From Eledone cirrhosa (Eukaryota), in assembly GCA_964016885.1 (NCBI GenBank), contig OZ024755.1, positions 17,360,001 to 17,424,000 on the forward strand: DNA of 64,000 bases, written 5' to 3'. Below, piece by piece: positions 13,068-25,432 of this stretch (positions are counted from its first letter, which is position 1; each line of letters begins with the position of its first letter). Both the position numbers and the translations under genes were made by a program. The notes under the pieces are model-generated. The model was not told where the DNA came from. It worked only from the letters and a program-made list of their open reading frames with translations, and searched no databases.

Positions 13068-13812
13068 TTGTCTCTACTATTGGCACAAGGCCAGCAATTA
13101 CCCAGTGCATTACTGGTACTTTATTTTATCGACCCCGTAAGGATGAAAGGCAAAGTTAACCTCGGCGGGATTTGAACTCAGAATGGCAAGGGCCGTAACT
13201 CCATGCATCAAAGCATGGTGTCCGACCCTCTACCGATACTGCCAATATATATATATTAATATTGCTTAAACTTTAATCTGTTATTTTAATGGTGGATTAG
13301 CAGTATCAGTAGAGGGTCGGACGCCATGCTTTCCAGCATAGTTACGTCCCTTTACAATCTGAGTTCAAATCCCGCCGAGGTTGACTTTGCCTTTCATCCT
13401 TACGGGGTCGATAAAATAAAGTACCAGTAATGCACTGGGTAATTGCTGGCCTTGTTCCTAACGTAGAAACAGTTATATGTTTATATGTAGGCAACACGGT
13501 AAAAACCTCCCAGCCCCACACTGTAAATGAGGTTGGTGTTAGGAAGGGCATCCAGCTGTAGAAAACCTGCCAGACAGTCCTATGCGAGCAAGACAATCAC
13601 CCTTGCCTCAAGTGGGAAAACCCCCGTCCAAACCCATGCAAGCGTCGAACACGGACGTTAAACGTTGATGATGATGATGATGATGATATGTTAGGTAAAT
13701 GTGAAAGTACAGTTACAAGTGGTTCACTATTCTAAGCACTCAATGCTGCTACAATGGTCTGTATCATGTTAGGTGATATTCCAAAGTTAAGTTGGCTGCA
13801 GTGTGCAGAGTG

Positions 13813-14067
13813 TAAATAAAGTAAGTAAGATTGAAGTCAATGTTGCAGCATATATATAAACTTTATTGGCATATTACAAACATTTCAATATCGATCAGCT
13901 CAGGGTGCAATCATCAACTCACATATCTGATAAGATGTCAAGCCAGAGTCAGACCCCAGTCATTATGATTGTACCCTGAGCTGATCGATATTGAAACAAT
14001 TGTAATATGTCAATAAAGTTTATATATATGCTGCAACACTGACTTTGATCCTGCTTGCTTTTATTTA
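13813..14067. repeat. Fold-back inverted repeat 1 (~102-bp arms, 50-nt spacer)
   Basis: 13813-13914 is the reverse complement of 13965-14067. Confidence 0.9.
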
Positions 14068-14090
14068 TTTATACATATATATATATATAT

Positions 14091-14470
14091 ATCATCATCA
14101 TCATCATCACCGTTTTACGTCCGTTCTTCCACGCTAGCATGGGTTAGACGGGTTGTCCTGTTGTGGGCAGTGTCTGGTCGGCTGACCATGCCTTGCTCAT
14201 ACAGGAACTGATCTGGCTTGATTTCTACAGCTGGATGCCCTTCCTAACACCAACCTCATTTACAGTGAGTGCTGGGTGCTTTTTCGTGGCGCCTACACGT
14301 CCACTTTACAGTGTGGGCTGGGTGCTTTTTTGCCGTGGCACCTCCACGACCACCTTGCGGTGGGGGGGGGGGGGGGGGGGGCATATCGTTTATATGCTTC
14401 AGCATGTACCCATGGGAGGTCGGGTACCCTGTATTACTGCGTGACGCCAGAAGTCACGGTCGTGTGTCAT
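14091..14470 (-). mobile_element. RTE family 1, 3' end only
   Basis: Nearly identical to 17046-17424. Sits in (TA)n on both sides. Confidence 0.9.
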
Positions 14471-14488
14471 ATATATACATGCACACAC

Positions 14489-14526
<38 letters not shown>

Positions 14527-14753
14527 TAATGAAAAAGAACAAAGGAACTATTATGACATTATAACATACATAATATACCATACATCTAGCTTATATATAT
14601 GTATATCATCATCATCATCACCAACGTTTTTACATCCATTTTCTTAACTTGCATGGGTTGGACAGGTTCTTTTCAACACACCATCTCTCTCTCTCTTTAT
14701 ATATATATAAATCTATATAAATCTATATATATTTGGAAGAGTGAACTTTGTTG

Positions 14754-14812
<59 letters not shown>

Positions 14813-16482
14813 ACTGGACCAAGATCTTTGGCGTAATACAGAAGACCCGCCTTGCCTAAGTACAAAGCAAAACCTACAATCAGTAGGCACCTCTTAACCA
14901 GATATACACCCCATCCCACTACCCCTACTCCACCCCCACCCCCATCAACACCACCCCTTTCAATGTAAAGTTATGTTAGTACTACAACATCCACTCCAAA
15001 ATAAATGAGGTTGAGGAGGTGTCACGACAAAAAAAACACCCAGTCCACACTGTAATGTGGCTGTGTAGGTAACACGGTAAAAACCTCCCAGTCCACACTG
15101 TAAACATGGTTGGTGTTAGGAAGGGCATCCAGCTGTAGAAAACCTGCCAGACTGTCCTATATGAGTGAGACGACCAATCTTGCCTAAGTGGGACAATTCA
15201 CGTCTAAACCCATGCTAGCGTGGAAGATAGACGTTAAACGATGATGATGATGATATATATATATATATATAACAACAAAGTTCCCACTTCCAAATAAACT
15301 GTTGAAGCCTTGTAAGAAATATGAGATACAAATAAAGCAATTGAAACTGGAAAGTAGTTGTGTCTTCAACAAGACAAATATATATGTATGTAGAAAAGCA
15401 GACATAAAATGATGATTACACATGCATACACACATTTACATGGACAGTGACCAATGGGTGAAGAAATGCCAGGAAATCTCAGTGGAAGGAAACCACAGTA
15501 GAGAAAGACCTGAGCAGAGGTTGTGAGAGCTGACCTCAAATCCCTAAGACTGGCAGATTAGATGACAAAGGAACACAACTTGTGGAGAGATGTCATGCTG
15601 AGAAGGATCCATCCAACCCATGCAAGCATGGAAAAGTGGATGATGGTGTTATATATATATATACACACACATATGAAACGTGGATATATATATATATATA
15701 AATATACAGACACATATACTGAAACACACTCATGTACATGTACATAAATATGCACATATACTTGTGCTTGTGTATACAGCTGTAAATTAGTGCCCACTAC
15801 CATCACCACCAAAGAGAGTTAATGTATGTGTTAACTTACAAATCTCTTCTGTCTGTCTATTTCACCTGACAGCGACTTCAATATATATTCCACCAAAGAC
15901 AGCAGTCACCAAAGCTAGTCTCTGCTGTTGATCAATCACAGGATTCCAATTGCTTTGAACCAAAAAAAAGGCAGGGAAATATTCTTCTTTGTTGGGGTCA
16001 AAAACCGGTCAGGTCAATGAATAACTAAGAAATATTTTGGCATGTACAAACATGTCACTATTTTTATTGGTCTGCTTTGTTGAAGTCAATAACATTTTCA
16101 GTTTAAATTTTCAATGCTTGTTTACTCATTTATTCTTATATTTATCAATATAAAGCAGTGTAGTTATTAGGGAAGAATACATCGATTATTCATATTCATC
16201 CCTTTTGTTTTGATCCATTTTCATTTTTACATTTCAAAAAGGGGTTTCACCCTTGAAATATAAAGGGTAAAAGCATTTCTTTCTTTTTTTGTTTTTTGTT
16301 TTACATTGTTTTATTTGTTACCCCTTGCCCTTTATATATTTTAACCATATTGTACTGACTTCTGAAACTTCTTATCTATATATTATTATTATTAACTTTG
16401 CCTTTCACCCTTACGGGGTCGATAAAATAAAGTACCAGTAATGTACTGGGTAATTGCTAGCCTTGTGCCAAAAGTAGAAGCA

Positions 16483-16520
<38 letters not shown>

Positions 16521-16586
16521 CTATATATTTATCAATATTTATTTATTTTCATTTTATCTTCAACTTTTTTCCATCTGTTTTTAAAG

Positions 16587-16913
16587 GAATTAATAAAAGA
16601 ATTTGGAGCACAGCAGAAGAAACTCACTAATCTTCGTGGTATTGGAGGACAAATTGTAAAACACAGTACTGATAGTGTAGAGAAGAACAAAGTACAGAAC
16701 ACACTTGCTAGTCTGAACAAACGGCATTCGGCATTACAAGCATCTATATCTTGCAGAACACAACAGCTTACTGAAGTTGAAGGATTATTACAACAGTTCA
16801 ATGAAACTTCATCTGCAGTCACATGCTGGCTTGATACAAGTGAAGTAACTATTGCAGAACCTCTCATTTGGTCAGATCTAGACAAAGTCAAACAACAGCA
16901 TAAAACTTACAAA
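16587..16913 (+). CDS. Spectrin-repeat gene exon (109 aa, missing from the ORF track)
   Basis: tttttaaAG|GAA acceptor and AAA|GTAGGT donor, 327 nt open. Encodes ELIKEFGAQQKKLTNLRGIGGQIV...FNETSSAVTCWLDTSE...QQHKTYK, a classic spectrin repeat. Confidence 0.9.
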
Positions 16914-17045
16914 GTAGGTTTATGTTATTATTATTTATTATTGCTTATTTTGAGTGAAGGAATTTTATTAAATGTATTTATCACCATTGTGTGTGTACAC
17001 ATGCACACACACACATATATATATGTATATATACATACATGCATA

Positions 17046-19113
17046 TCATCATCATCATCATCATCATCACCGTTTTACGTCCGTTCTTCCACGCTAGCAT
17101 GGGTTAGACGGGTTGTCCTGTTGTGGGCAGTGTCTGGTCGGCTGACCATGCCTTGCTCATACAGGAACTGATCTGGCTTGATTTCTACAGCTGGATGCCC
17201 TTCCTAACACCAACCTCATTTACAGTGAGTGCTGGGTGCTTTTTCGTGGCGCCTACACGTCCACTTTACAGTGTGGGCTGGGTGCTTTTTTGCCGTGGCA
17301 CCTCCACGACCACCTTGCGGTGGGGGGGGGGGGGGCATATTGTTTATATGCTTCAGCATGTACCCATGGGAGGTCGGGTACCCTGTATTACTGCGTGACG
17401 CCAGAAGTCACGGTCGTGTGTCATTGACTTTGAGAGGTGTAGTTGGGTAAGGTCGGCTTTTATCACCTCATCCCAAGTCATCTTGGGTCTCCCCACTCCG
17501 CGGTTTCCATCAACTTCTAGTGCTCTGCACCTTTTTATGCAGCTGTCATCCTTCATACGCATCACATGTCCATACCAGCGTAACCGCCTCTCCTGCACGC
17601 AGCATTTGATTCCTCTTATGCTCAGTCTCTCTCTCAATTCATTTATGCTTTGTCGTTCACGTATATTACTGTTACACATCCATCGGAGCATGCAGGCTTC
17701 GTTTCTCTCTAATCTACGTAAGTCTTCCACCTTCAGCGCCCAGGTCTCACTACCATGCAACATCGCTGTTCGGATACACGCATCATACAGTCTGCCTTTC
17801 ATTCTGAGGGAGAAGCCTTTTGCAGCTAGCAGTGGTAGTAGTTCCCTAAACTTCTTCCATCCCGTTCTTACCCTAGTTATTGTACTTTCTGAGCACCCAC
17901 CTCCGTTGCTAATTCGGTCACCTAGGTAGCAGAAGCTGTCTACTGTTTCTACAGGGCCCTCCCAGAGATTGGTGGTACTTGTTTCCTGTGGCTGTTTGCT
18001 TGCTGTTTCAGCACAGCTGCTGCATGTGAATCCTACATTCTTAATTAAGCTTCCTGAGATCCCGCTACATCTCTTGTGTACCCATTGTTTGCATTTGGGG
18101 CAAAGAATGGAGTTCCTACCTACACCTTTCCTACATACTGAGCAAGGCCATTTCCCTGAGGGGATCTGGGTTCTGTTTTCTCGTCTACTTATAAGGACCT
18201 TAGTCTTTGTCATGTTGACTTTGAGGCCCTTTCTCTCTAGTCCCTGCTTCCAGGTTTGGAATTTATTCTCTAGTTCTACCATAGATTCAGCTATGAGTGC
18301 GAGGTCATCAGCATACAGGAGTTCCCATGGGCATCCGGTCTTAAACTCCTCCGTTATTGCCTGCAGGACTATGATGAACAGGAGAGGGCTAAGAACAGAG
18401 CCCTGGTGGACCCCAACCTGTACGCTAAATTCCTCGCTATACTCATTGCCAATCCTAACTTTGCTGACTGCTCCCCTATACATGGCTTGTACCGCTTTCA
18501 CAAGCCATTCATCTACTCCTAGTTTTCTAAGAGCCCACCAGATTACTGCACGTGGAACTCTGTCAAAGGCTTTCTCAAGGTCGACAAATGCCAAGTAGAG
18601 TGGCTTACTTTTAGCTAGGTACTTTTCCTGTAATTGCCTCACAAGGAAGAGCGCATCAGTGGTGCCTTTCCCTGGTACAAACCCAAATTGCATCTCGTCT
18701 ATATTCACCCGGTCCCTAATCAGCTGTGCTATAACTCTTTCTGTTACTTTCATGACCTGGTCCATCAACTTTATACCTCTATAGTTTCCTCTATCTAGTG
18801 CATCCCCTTTACCTTTGTAGCAGTTGACAATGATGCTACTGCACCAATCTTTTGGTATGGCCCCCTCTAGTATTACCTGGTTAACGATACGTGTGGTTAT
18901 AGTGTGACCTACAGACCCAGATGCCTTCAGCATCTCGGCAGCTATACCCGATGGACCGGTTGCCTTCCCTATCTTCATATCTCTGATTGCCTTACTTACT
19001 ACGCTGCCGCTGACTTGTACTGCTGGTCCCTCTATAGGGTCTACGTGGGGTAGGGTCTCTTCTTCCCATGCATTCTCCTCATTTAGTAATCTATCATAAT
19101 GACTCTTCCATGC
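17046..19113 (-). mobile_element. RTE-clade LINE family 1, 5'-truncated, open RT plus PHD-like frame
   Basis: ORF 17353..19410 is element-derived from AWKSHYDRLL (19113) onward. RT motifs QFGF, DLEKAFD, GVHQGSVLSP and YADD, a Cys/His cluster CSVC..CPKCKQWVHKRC..CSSC, RRLRWYGHV, a 3' UTR and an (ATG)n tail. Confidence 0.95.
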
Positions 19114-19144
19114 ATATATATGTGTGTATACATATATATATATA

Positions 19145-19186
<42 letters not shown>

Positions 19187-19550
19187 AGAGTATTGAAGTT
19201 TGCTTGAAGCATTGTGGAACAATAAGTAAATATCTTTAAGTCATTTGGAAGCCTCGACAATGCAAATGGGTAAATCTCCGGGTAACAAGGTCCGGTGGTG
19301 GAGAGAGAGATGTAAGTGGGTGTACGTTGAGATGCGTGGTGTGTATAAGATGTGTGAGATGTGTAGAATGAAGGGAAGAGTATAAAGGATAAAAATAAAA
19401 ATAACAACACAAGAGAGAGTTACCTTGGGAGAGATTTAATAGTCCCTATATATTTCGGATTCACATCTATCAACTGGGGTTTTTTTCCGGGGTGGGGGAA
19501 AAGGTTGTCTGTTGGACAAGTCCGGAACGCGTCTTTCGCTGTTTGTTGTT

Positions 19551-19629
<79 letters not shown>

Positions 19630-19753
19630 ATTTATAGTTATGTATATAGTATAAATAACTATAAACGGGAAGGTCAGTAATTTCTTAATTACCTTATTAC
19701 CAGTAAGAGAAATAGCTCAATGTATGAACATCAGTTGTTTTACAGAGCAGTTA

Positions 19754-20144
19754 AATAAATAAATTATACAGTTATCAAAGTTGTGTTCAAATCATTTAAT
19801 AGCTGACAATCGTTTCTTCCAAACTCTCGTTTGGAGTCATCGGATCATTATCAATGTTTGCACATATAATTAACCTCCTAATCAACTGAACAATAATATA
19901 GATACATATAAATTGATGTTGTTAGCAACAGTTTCGTATTTACAGGATGGAATGGATGTGATGAAACTGTTGCTAACAACATCAATTTATATGTATCTAT
20001 ATTATTGTTCAGTTGAATAGGAGGTTAATTATATGTGCAAACATTGATAATGCTCCGATGATTCCAAACGAGAGTTTGGAAGAAACGATTGTCAGCTATT
20101 AAATGATTTGAACACAACATTGATAATTGTCTAATTTATTTATT
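19754..20144. repeat. Fold-back inverted repeat 2 (~184-bp arms, 23-nt spacer)
   Basis: 19754-19937 versus 19961-20144, 7 mismatches counted by eye. Confidence 0.95.
20049..20100 (+). ncRNA. Candidate minimal type I hammerhead ribozyme (U4C core variant)
   Basis: GCU-CCGAUGA-UUCCAAAC(GAGA)GUUUGGAA-GAAA-C(GAUU)G-UC-AGC, giving stem I GCU/AGC, an 8-bp stem II, a minimal stem III and a GUC triplet. Mirror copy on the minus strand at ~19798-19849. Confidence 0.55.
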
Positions 20145-21613
20145 ATATATATATATGTATATATATATGTATATATATATATATATATACACATACATAT
20201 ATATATATACACATACATATATATATATATATACACACACACATGTATATATATATATACACACACATGTATATATATATATATATGTGTATACATATAT
20301 ATGTGTGTGTATATATATATACACACACATGTATATATATATATATATACACACATATATATGTATATACACACACACATATATATATGTATGTGTGAGT
20401 GAAGGACCCCTAGCCTTTGTCAGGGCGTTCTTCTAGGAGAAGGCAACTCAGGAAACTGGGATAACTCCGACATAAAACCTTCAGCTCACTAGTTTCTTCT
20501 TTTCGGGTTATAGCTACTGTCGCTCAAAGAGTGGGATTGGCTCAGTGCACAGTTCCTCACTTTAAAAAATCTTCATGCACAGGCATTGCACGATAACATT
20601 AATTAATAATTATTAATAATGTTATATCATGCAATGGCCATACTCGATAACGAGGGGGCAGCCATCATATATATATAAATACAAAATTTTTCTTTTGCTC
20701 TTAACATGCTGGATACCTTAGTGTATTTGTGAGTGAATAACATTATAACAACACAATATTATTAATATTAGGTTTGTTTACAAGTAAACAGTCAAGTACA
20801 GTGCTTTATATTATCAACTTGCCTTCCCCCAAATTTCTTGCCTTGGGCCTAAAGTAGAAATGATTATTAAAACGTGTTAATTTGTAATATATACTGTTTG
20901 CCTTTAAGTGTCATCTTAGTTAATTATTAATTAACAAACGATAAATTAGAATTGATATGCAACTAATATGATGGCATTTAAAGGCAATTAAATTTTCCAT
21001 TGATTACAGTACCATATAAATGAAAGTATTTTAATTAACACATAAATTAATAATTGTTTCTACTTTTGGCACAAGGCCAGCAATTACCCAGTAAATTACA
21101 GGTACTTTATTTTATCAACCCCGTAAGGATGAAAGACAAAGTTGACCTCAGCGGGATTTGAACTCGGAATGGAAAGGGCCGTAACTCTATGCATCAAAGC
21201 ATGACGTCCGACCCTCTACCGATACTGCCAATCCACCGCTAATCCATAAATTAATAATAATACTTGGGTTAATAGGTTTTTTTTTTATATGTTTGTTATG
21301 AAAAGTATAAAAATATGCCAAATACATCTTCAGATGAAAATAGTAAGGAAATGAAAAATAGAAGAAGAAGAAATTAAACAATGAAAAGAAAGGAAAAGGG
21401 GGAGGGGGCAACATACGCTGCACCCTGTGGATAAAATGGTGAAATTATTGCCATGGAGAATGGCCAGTAATACCCACTGCAACATTTACTCCACTTCACA
21501 AGGCTCCTTCCTTAGGTGTGGGGGGGGGGGGGAGTCATTTTACCAATTTTGTGAAAGAAAATGGCAGTTCTTCAGGACCTATGACACCTGAAGTCTTGAT
21601 GGCAACATCAAAG

Positions 21614-22092
21614 TCATCATTTTGCATCCGCTTTTCCCTGCTTGCAAGGGTGGGACGGGTCCTATTCAGCACAGCATCTCTCCACTTGTCACGGTCCTTC
21701 GCCATCCCCTCCGTGAGTTTCAGCGATCTGAGGTCTGCTCTCACCACCTCCGCCCATGTTTTTCGTGGTCTACCTCTACTTCGTCTTCCTTCAACTTCGT
21801 CTTCCTTCAACTGGCATTTCTTCGCACTTCTTTACCCAGCAGTCATCCTCCATGCGCATCACATGTCCATACCATCTCAGTCTTTTCTCCCGCACACCAC
21901 AACTTATCCCTCTTATACACAGCTTCTCTCTCAACTCATCTATGCTTGGTCATTCACGCACATTGACATTACACATCCAACTGAGCATGCTTGCTTCATT
22001 TCTCTCCAACCATTGCATATCCTCTGTAGTTGCTGCCCATGTCTCACTACCATGCAACATCGCGCATCTCACACAGGTATCACATAACCGGC
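21614..22092 (-). mobile_element. RTE family 2, 3' fragment
   Basis: Matches 57760-58215. Encodes RGRPRKTWAEVVRADL...DRDKWR. Other remnants at 9312-9368 (+), 9620-9900 (-) and 15417-15650 (+). Confidence 0.85.
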
Positions 22093-22266
22093 CTTATTTG
22101 TTATTAGTTTATTTTATCTTATTGTTTATATTTTATCTTATTGCTTATTCAAACCTTTTTTAGTAATACTTCTTCCCAGTTTTTTTGTTTCCCTTCTGTA
22201 GTGTCATCTTCATTGTTATATAGCATCTCTTATGGGGAGGAGGGCTCTTTACTCTGTGGATATGTA

Positions 22267-22592
22267 TGAGGGTCAGCTGAAAAGTTCATTGGCTGACCAA
22301 GATACTCTCATGGAATGACCAAATGGGATTTATTTTTCAACATAGTCCCTGGAAAGAAACAATGCAGTTATTATTAAGGAGAGTTGAAATTAATGCATGC
22401 AAGCATCACTCCTTCATAGGTTGATCAAGATACTCTCATGGAATGACCAAATGAGGTTTATTTATCAACATAGTACCTGGAAAGAAACAATGCAGCTATT
22501 ATTAAGGAGAGTTGAAATTAGTGCATGCAAGATTTCACAGCTCTAGCATCATTCCTCCATAGTCGGTCTAGAACCTTTTCAGCCCACCTTCG
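22267..22592. mobile_element. Mariner-like MITE (same family, opposite orientation, internal tandem duplication)
   Basis: Reverse complement of 917-1114. The segment caagatactctcatggaatgaccaaatg...gcatgcaag occurs twice. Confidence 0.8.
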
Positions 22593-23074
22593 TATTACAT
22601 AAGTTTGATATCTTATAAATGTTATTAAAGCAGCTGTACATGAATTACAACTGATTTACTGAAGAAGGACATAGAAAAAGAAATGGAGGCAGTGTCTGTG
22701 TTTGTATCTATCCATTTGTGACAAGAAGGAATATTTCCTTGATCTTATGTTATTTCAGCTTGTATAGCTAGAAATTTGTTATTCACAAAAGCAATACTTC
22801 TCATATCCAGTATCTTACTTGCCTACTCATTTTACACAATACATTTATAACTATTTCTTATAGTGTAAAGGTGTGTGGCTTGGTGGTGAGGGAGTTGGAT
22901 TCACCTGAGGTTGTGAGTTTAAATCCTGGACTGGTGGCTATTGTGTCCTGGAGCTAGACACTATTGTGTTGATAATCCTTTTATTTCTTCCTCTTTCTAT
23001 GTATTGCTACCTCTTTCCCTCCTGTGTGTGTGTGTGTATATATATGTGTTTGTGTGTGTGTGTATATATATATA

Positions 23075-23379
23075 AGAGCATTCGCCTTGCAATCGAAAGA
23101 TTATGAGTTCAATTCTCGGACCGGGTGATGTGTTGCATCCTTGAGCAAGACACTTTATTTCACATTGCTCCAGTTTACTCAGCTGTAGAAATGAGATGAT
23201 AGGGACTGGGGTCCCTATCATTCCACTGCAAAGTGGTCGGGGAGGTGCCACAGCAAAAAAGCACCTAGCACTCACTGTAAATGAGGTTGGTGTTGGGCAT
23301 CCAGCTGTAGAAATCAAGCCAAAATCAGTTCCCGTCCCACCCTTGCAAGCAGGGAAAAGTGGACGTAAAATGATGATGA

Positions 23380-23383
<4 letters not shown>
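23075..23383 (+). mobile_element. SINE family B (5'-truncated)
   Basis: Matches 8632-8981 from agagcatt onward. Flanked by (TA)n. Confidence 0.85.
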
Positions 23384-23422
<39 letters not shown>

Positions 23423-23870
23423 CCCTGAGAGATAGAATTTGTAAAATTAGTAAAATAAAAACGGTACAGATATTAATTATTCAACAGGCTTAAAATCCAA
23501 ATGGCAATCTAATATTATTGTCTTGTTGTAACATGTCCTGTTATAGGTTTCAATTGTAAGGAATTAACTTGACATTAGCTCAGTTAATGAAAAATTTTTC
23601 TTGGAAAGATACATCAAATTCATCATCTTATATATGGCAGTATTTCCATATTTGCATGGGTTAGATGGTTCCTTTTCAACACAGCATCTCTCCGCTAATC
23701 ACAGCATCATGCTTTCGTTATCTCCTCCATAAATATCAATGATTTGAAATCAGCTCTCATTTGAAAGAAACATCATCATCATTTTTGTTTTCTTATACTA
23801 GGATCAATATTGATTAACTTCAGTAATCAGAATAGAGCCAGTGTTTTCAACATCACATGCAACATCATTT

Positions 23871-24212
23871 CATCATCATCATCATCATCATCATTTTACA
23901 TCCGCTTTTCCCTGCTTGCAAGGGTGGGACGGGAACTGATTCTGGCTCGATTTCTACAGCTGGATGCCCTTCCTAACACCAACCTCATTTACAGTGCTGG
24001 GTGCTTTTTTGCCATGGCACCTCCACGTCCACTTTGCAGTGGAATGATATGGACCCCAGTCCCTATCATCTCATTTCTACAGCTGAGTAAACTGGAGCAA
24101 TATGAAATAAAGTGTCTTGCTCAAGGAAACAACACATCACCCGGTCTGAGAATTGAACTCACAACCTTTCGATTGCAAGGCCAATGCTCTAACCACTAAG
24201 CCATGTGCCTCC
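23871..24212 (-). mobile_element. SINE family B
   Basis: Reverse complement of 8632-8981 with a (CAT)n tail. Confidence 0.88.
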
Positions 24213-24858
24213 ATTTACATTTCCAATTTTCTGGTAGCTTACTTCTTATTATAGAGACTTGTTAGCTCTGTGCTCCCTCCATGATGCCACTAAGCCATGA
24301 TGCACCTTCACATAATATATTATAATATTTAATTATTATATTTCTTAATTAACATGAAATAAACTGTCTTGCTCTAGAACACATCACGCTGCTCAGTCTG
24401 GGAATCAAACACACAACCTCGTCATTGTAAGCTCAATTCTCTAACCACTAAACCTTGCACCACATAATATATTATAATATTAAATTATTGGCAGTACCGG
24501 TAGAAGGTCGGATGCCATGCTTTGACGCATAGAGTTACGGCCCTTTCCATTCTGAGTTCAAATCCCGCGGAGGTTAACTTTGCCTTTCATCCTTACAGGG
24601 TTGATAAAATAAAGTACCAGTAATGCACTGGGTAATAATTTAATTGTTGGCCAAAAGTAGAAACAATTAAATTATTATATTTCTTAATTCACGTGAAATA
24701 AAGCACACTGCCCAGTCTAGGAATTGATCCCACAACTTCATGATTGTAAACCCAATGCTCTAACCACTTAGCCTTGCACCTTCACAAAGTATATTATAAT
24801 TTTAATTTATTATGTTTTTAATTATTTACTGATTATTATTATTTTTATATAATTTCAG

Positions 24859-25164
24859 AGATTATCAACAGAGTTGCTGGAGAACCAAAGTAAAGTTGAC
24901 TATTTAAACAACACAGTAAAACATCTTGCTCAGATCTCTGATGCCAGTGAACCAGCTCATCGGGTTTCTGTTATTAGTCAACGCCTTTTCAATATGCGTG
25001 GTAAAGTAAACAACAACTTCACGTCTCTTGACGATGCAATGTCTCAAATGGTTGACTTTGAAAAGCAACTAAAATCTATCAACGAGTGGCTTGTCTTTAC
25101 GCAGCAACAATTACGTGTTAGTGACACAAACCTAACACTACAAGACCAGTTATCTTTACATGAG
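24859..25164 (+). CDS. Spectrin-repeat gene exon (102 aa)
   Basis: tttcAG|AGA acceptor and GAG|GTATGT donor. Encodes RLSTELLENQSKVDYLN...FEKQLKSINEWLVFTQQQL...QDQLSLHE. Confidence 0.9.
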
Positions 25165-25432
25165 GTATGTATCTATATTCTATATTTTTAATAATTCTTT
25201 TTTTTTTTTTATGGATTGACAGAATTGGTAGAGCATTAGATAAAACACTGTTGTGGTATTTGTACTGGCACTTAACATTCTGAGTTCAAATCCTGCCAAT
25301 GTCAATTTTACATTTCATCCTTTTGGTGTTGATTAAAGTACCAGTTTAAGTACAAGAGTTGCCTTTCCTCCTTTTGTGCCAAAAATAGAAACAATTATTT
25401 TTTTACATTAATTTTTTTTTTTTTTTACATAG

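Noticed and set aside
19114-19410. Hydrophobic N-terminal extension of the 685-aa RT ORF
   Set aside because: Chance read-through across a (TA)n tract into unrelated sequence. RTE homology starts at 19113.
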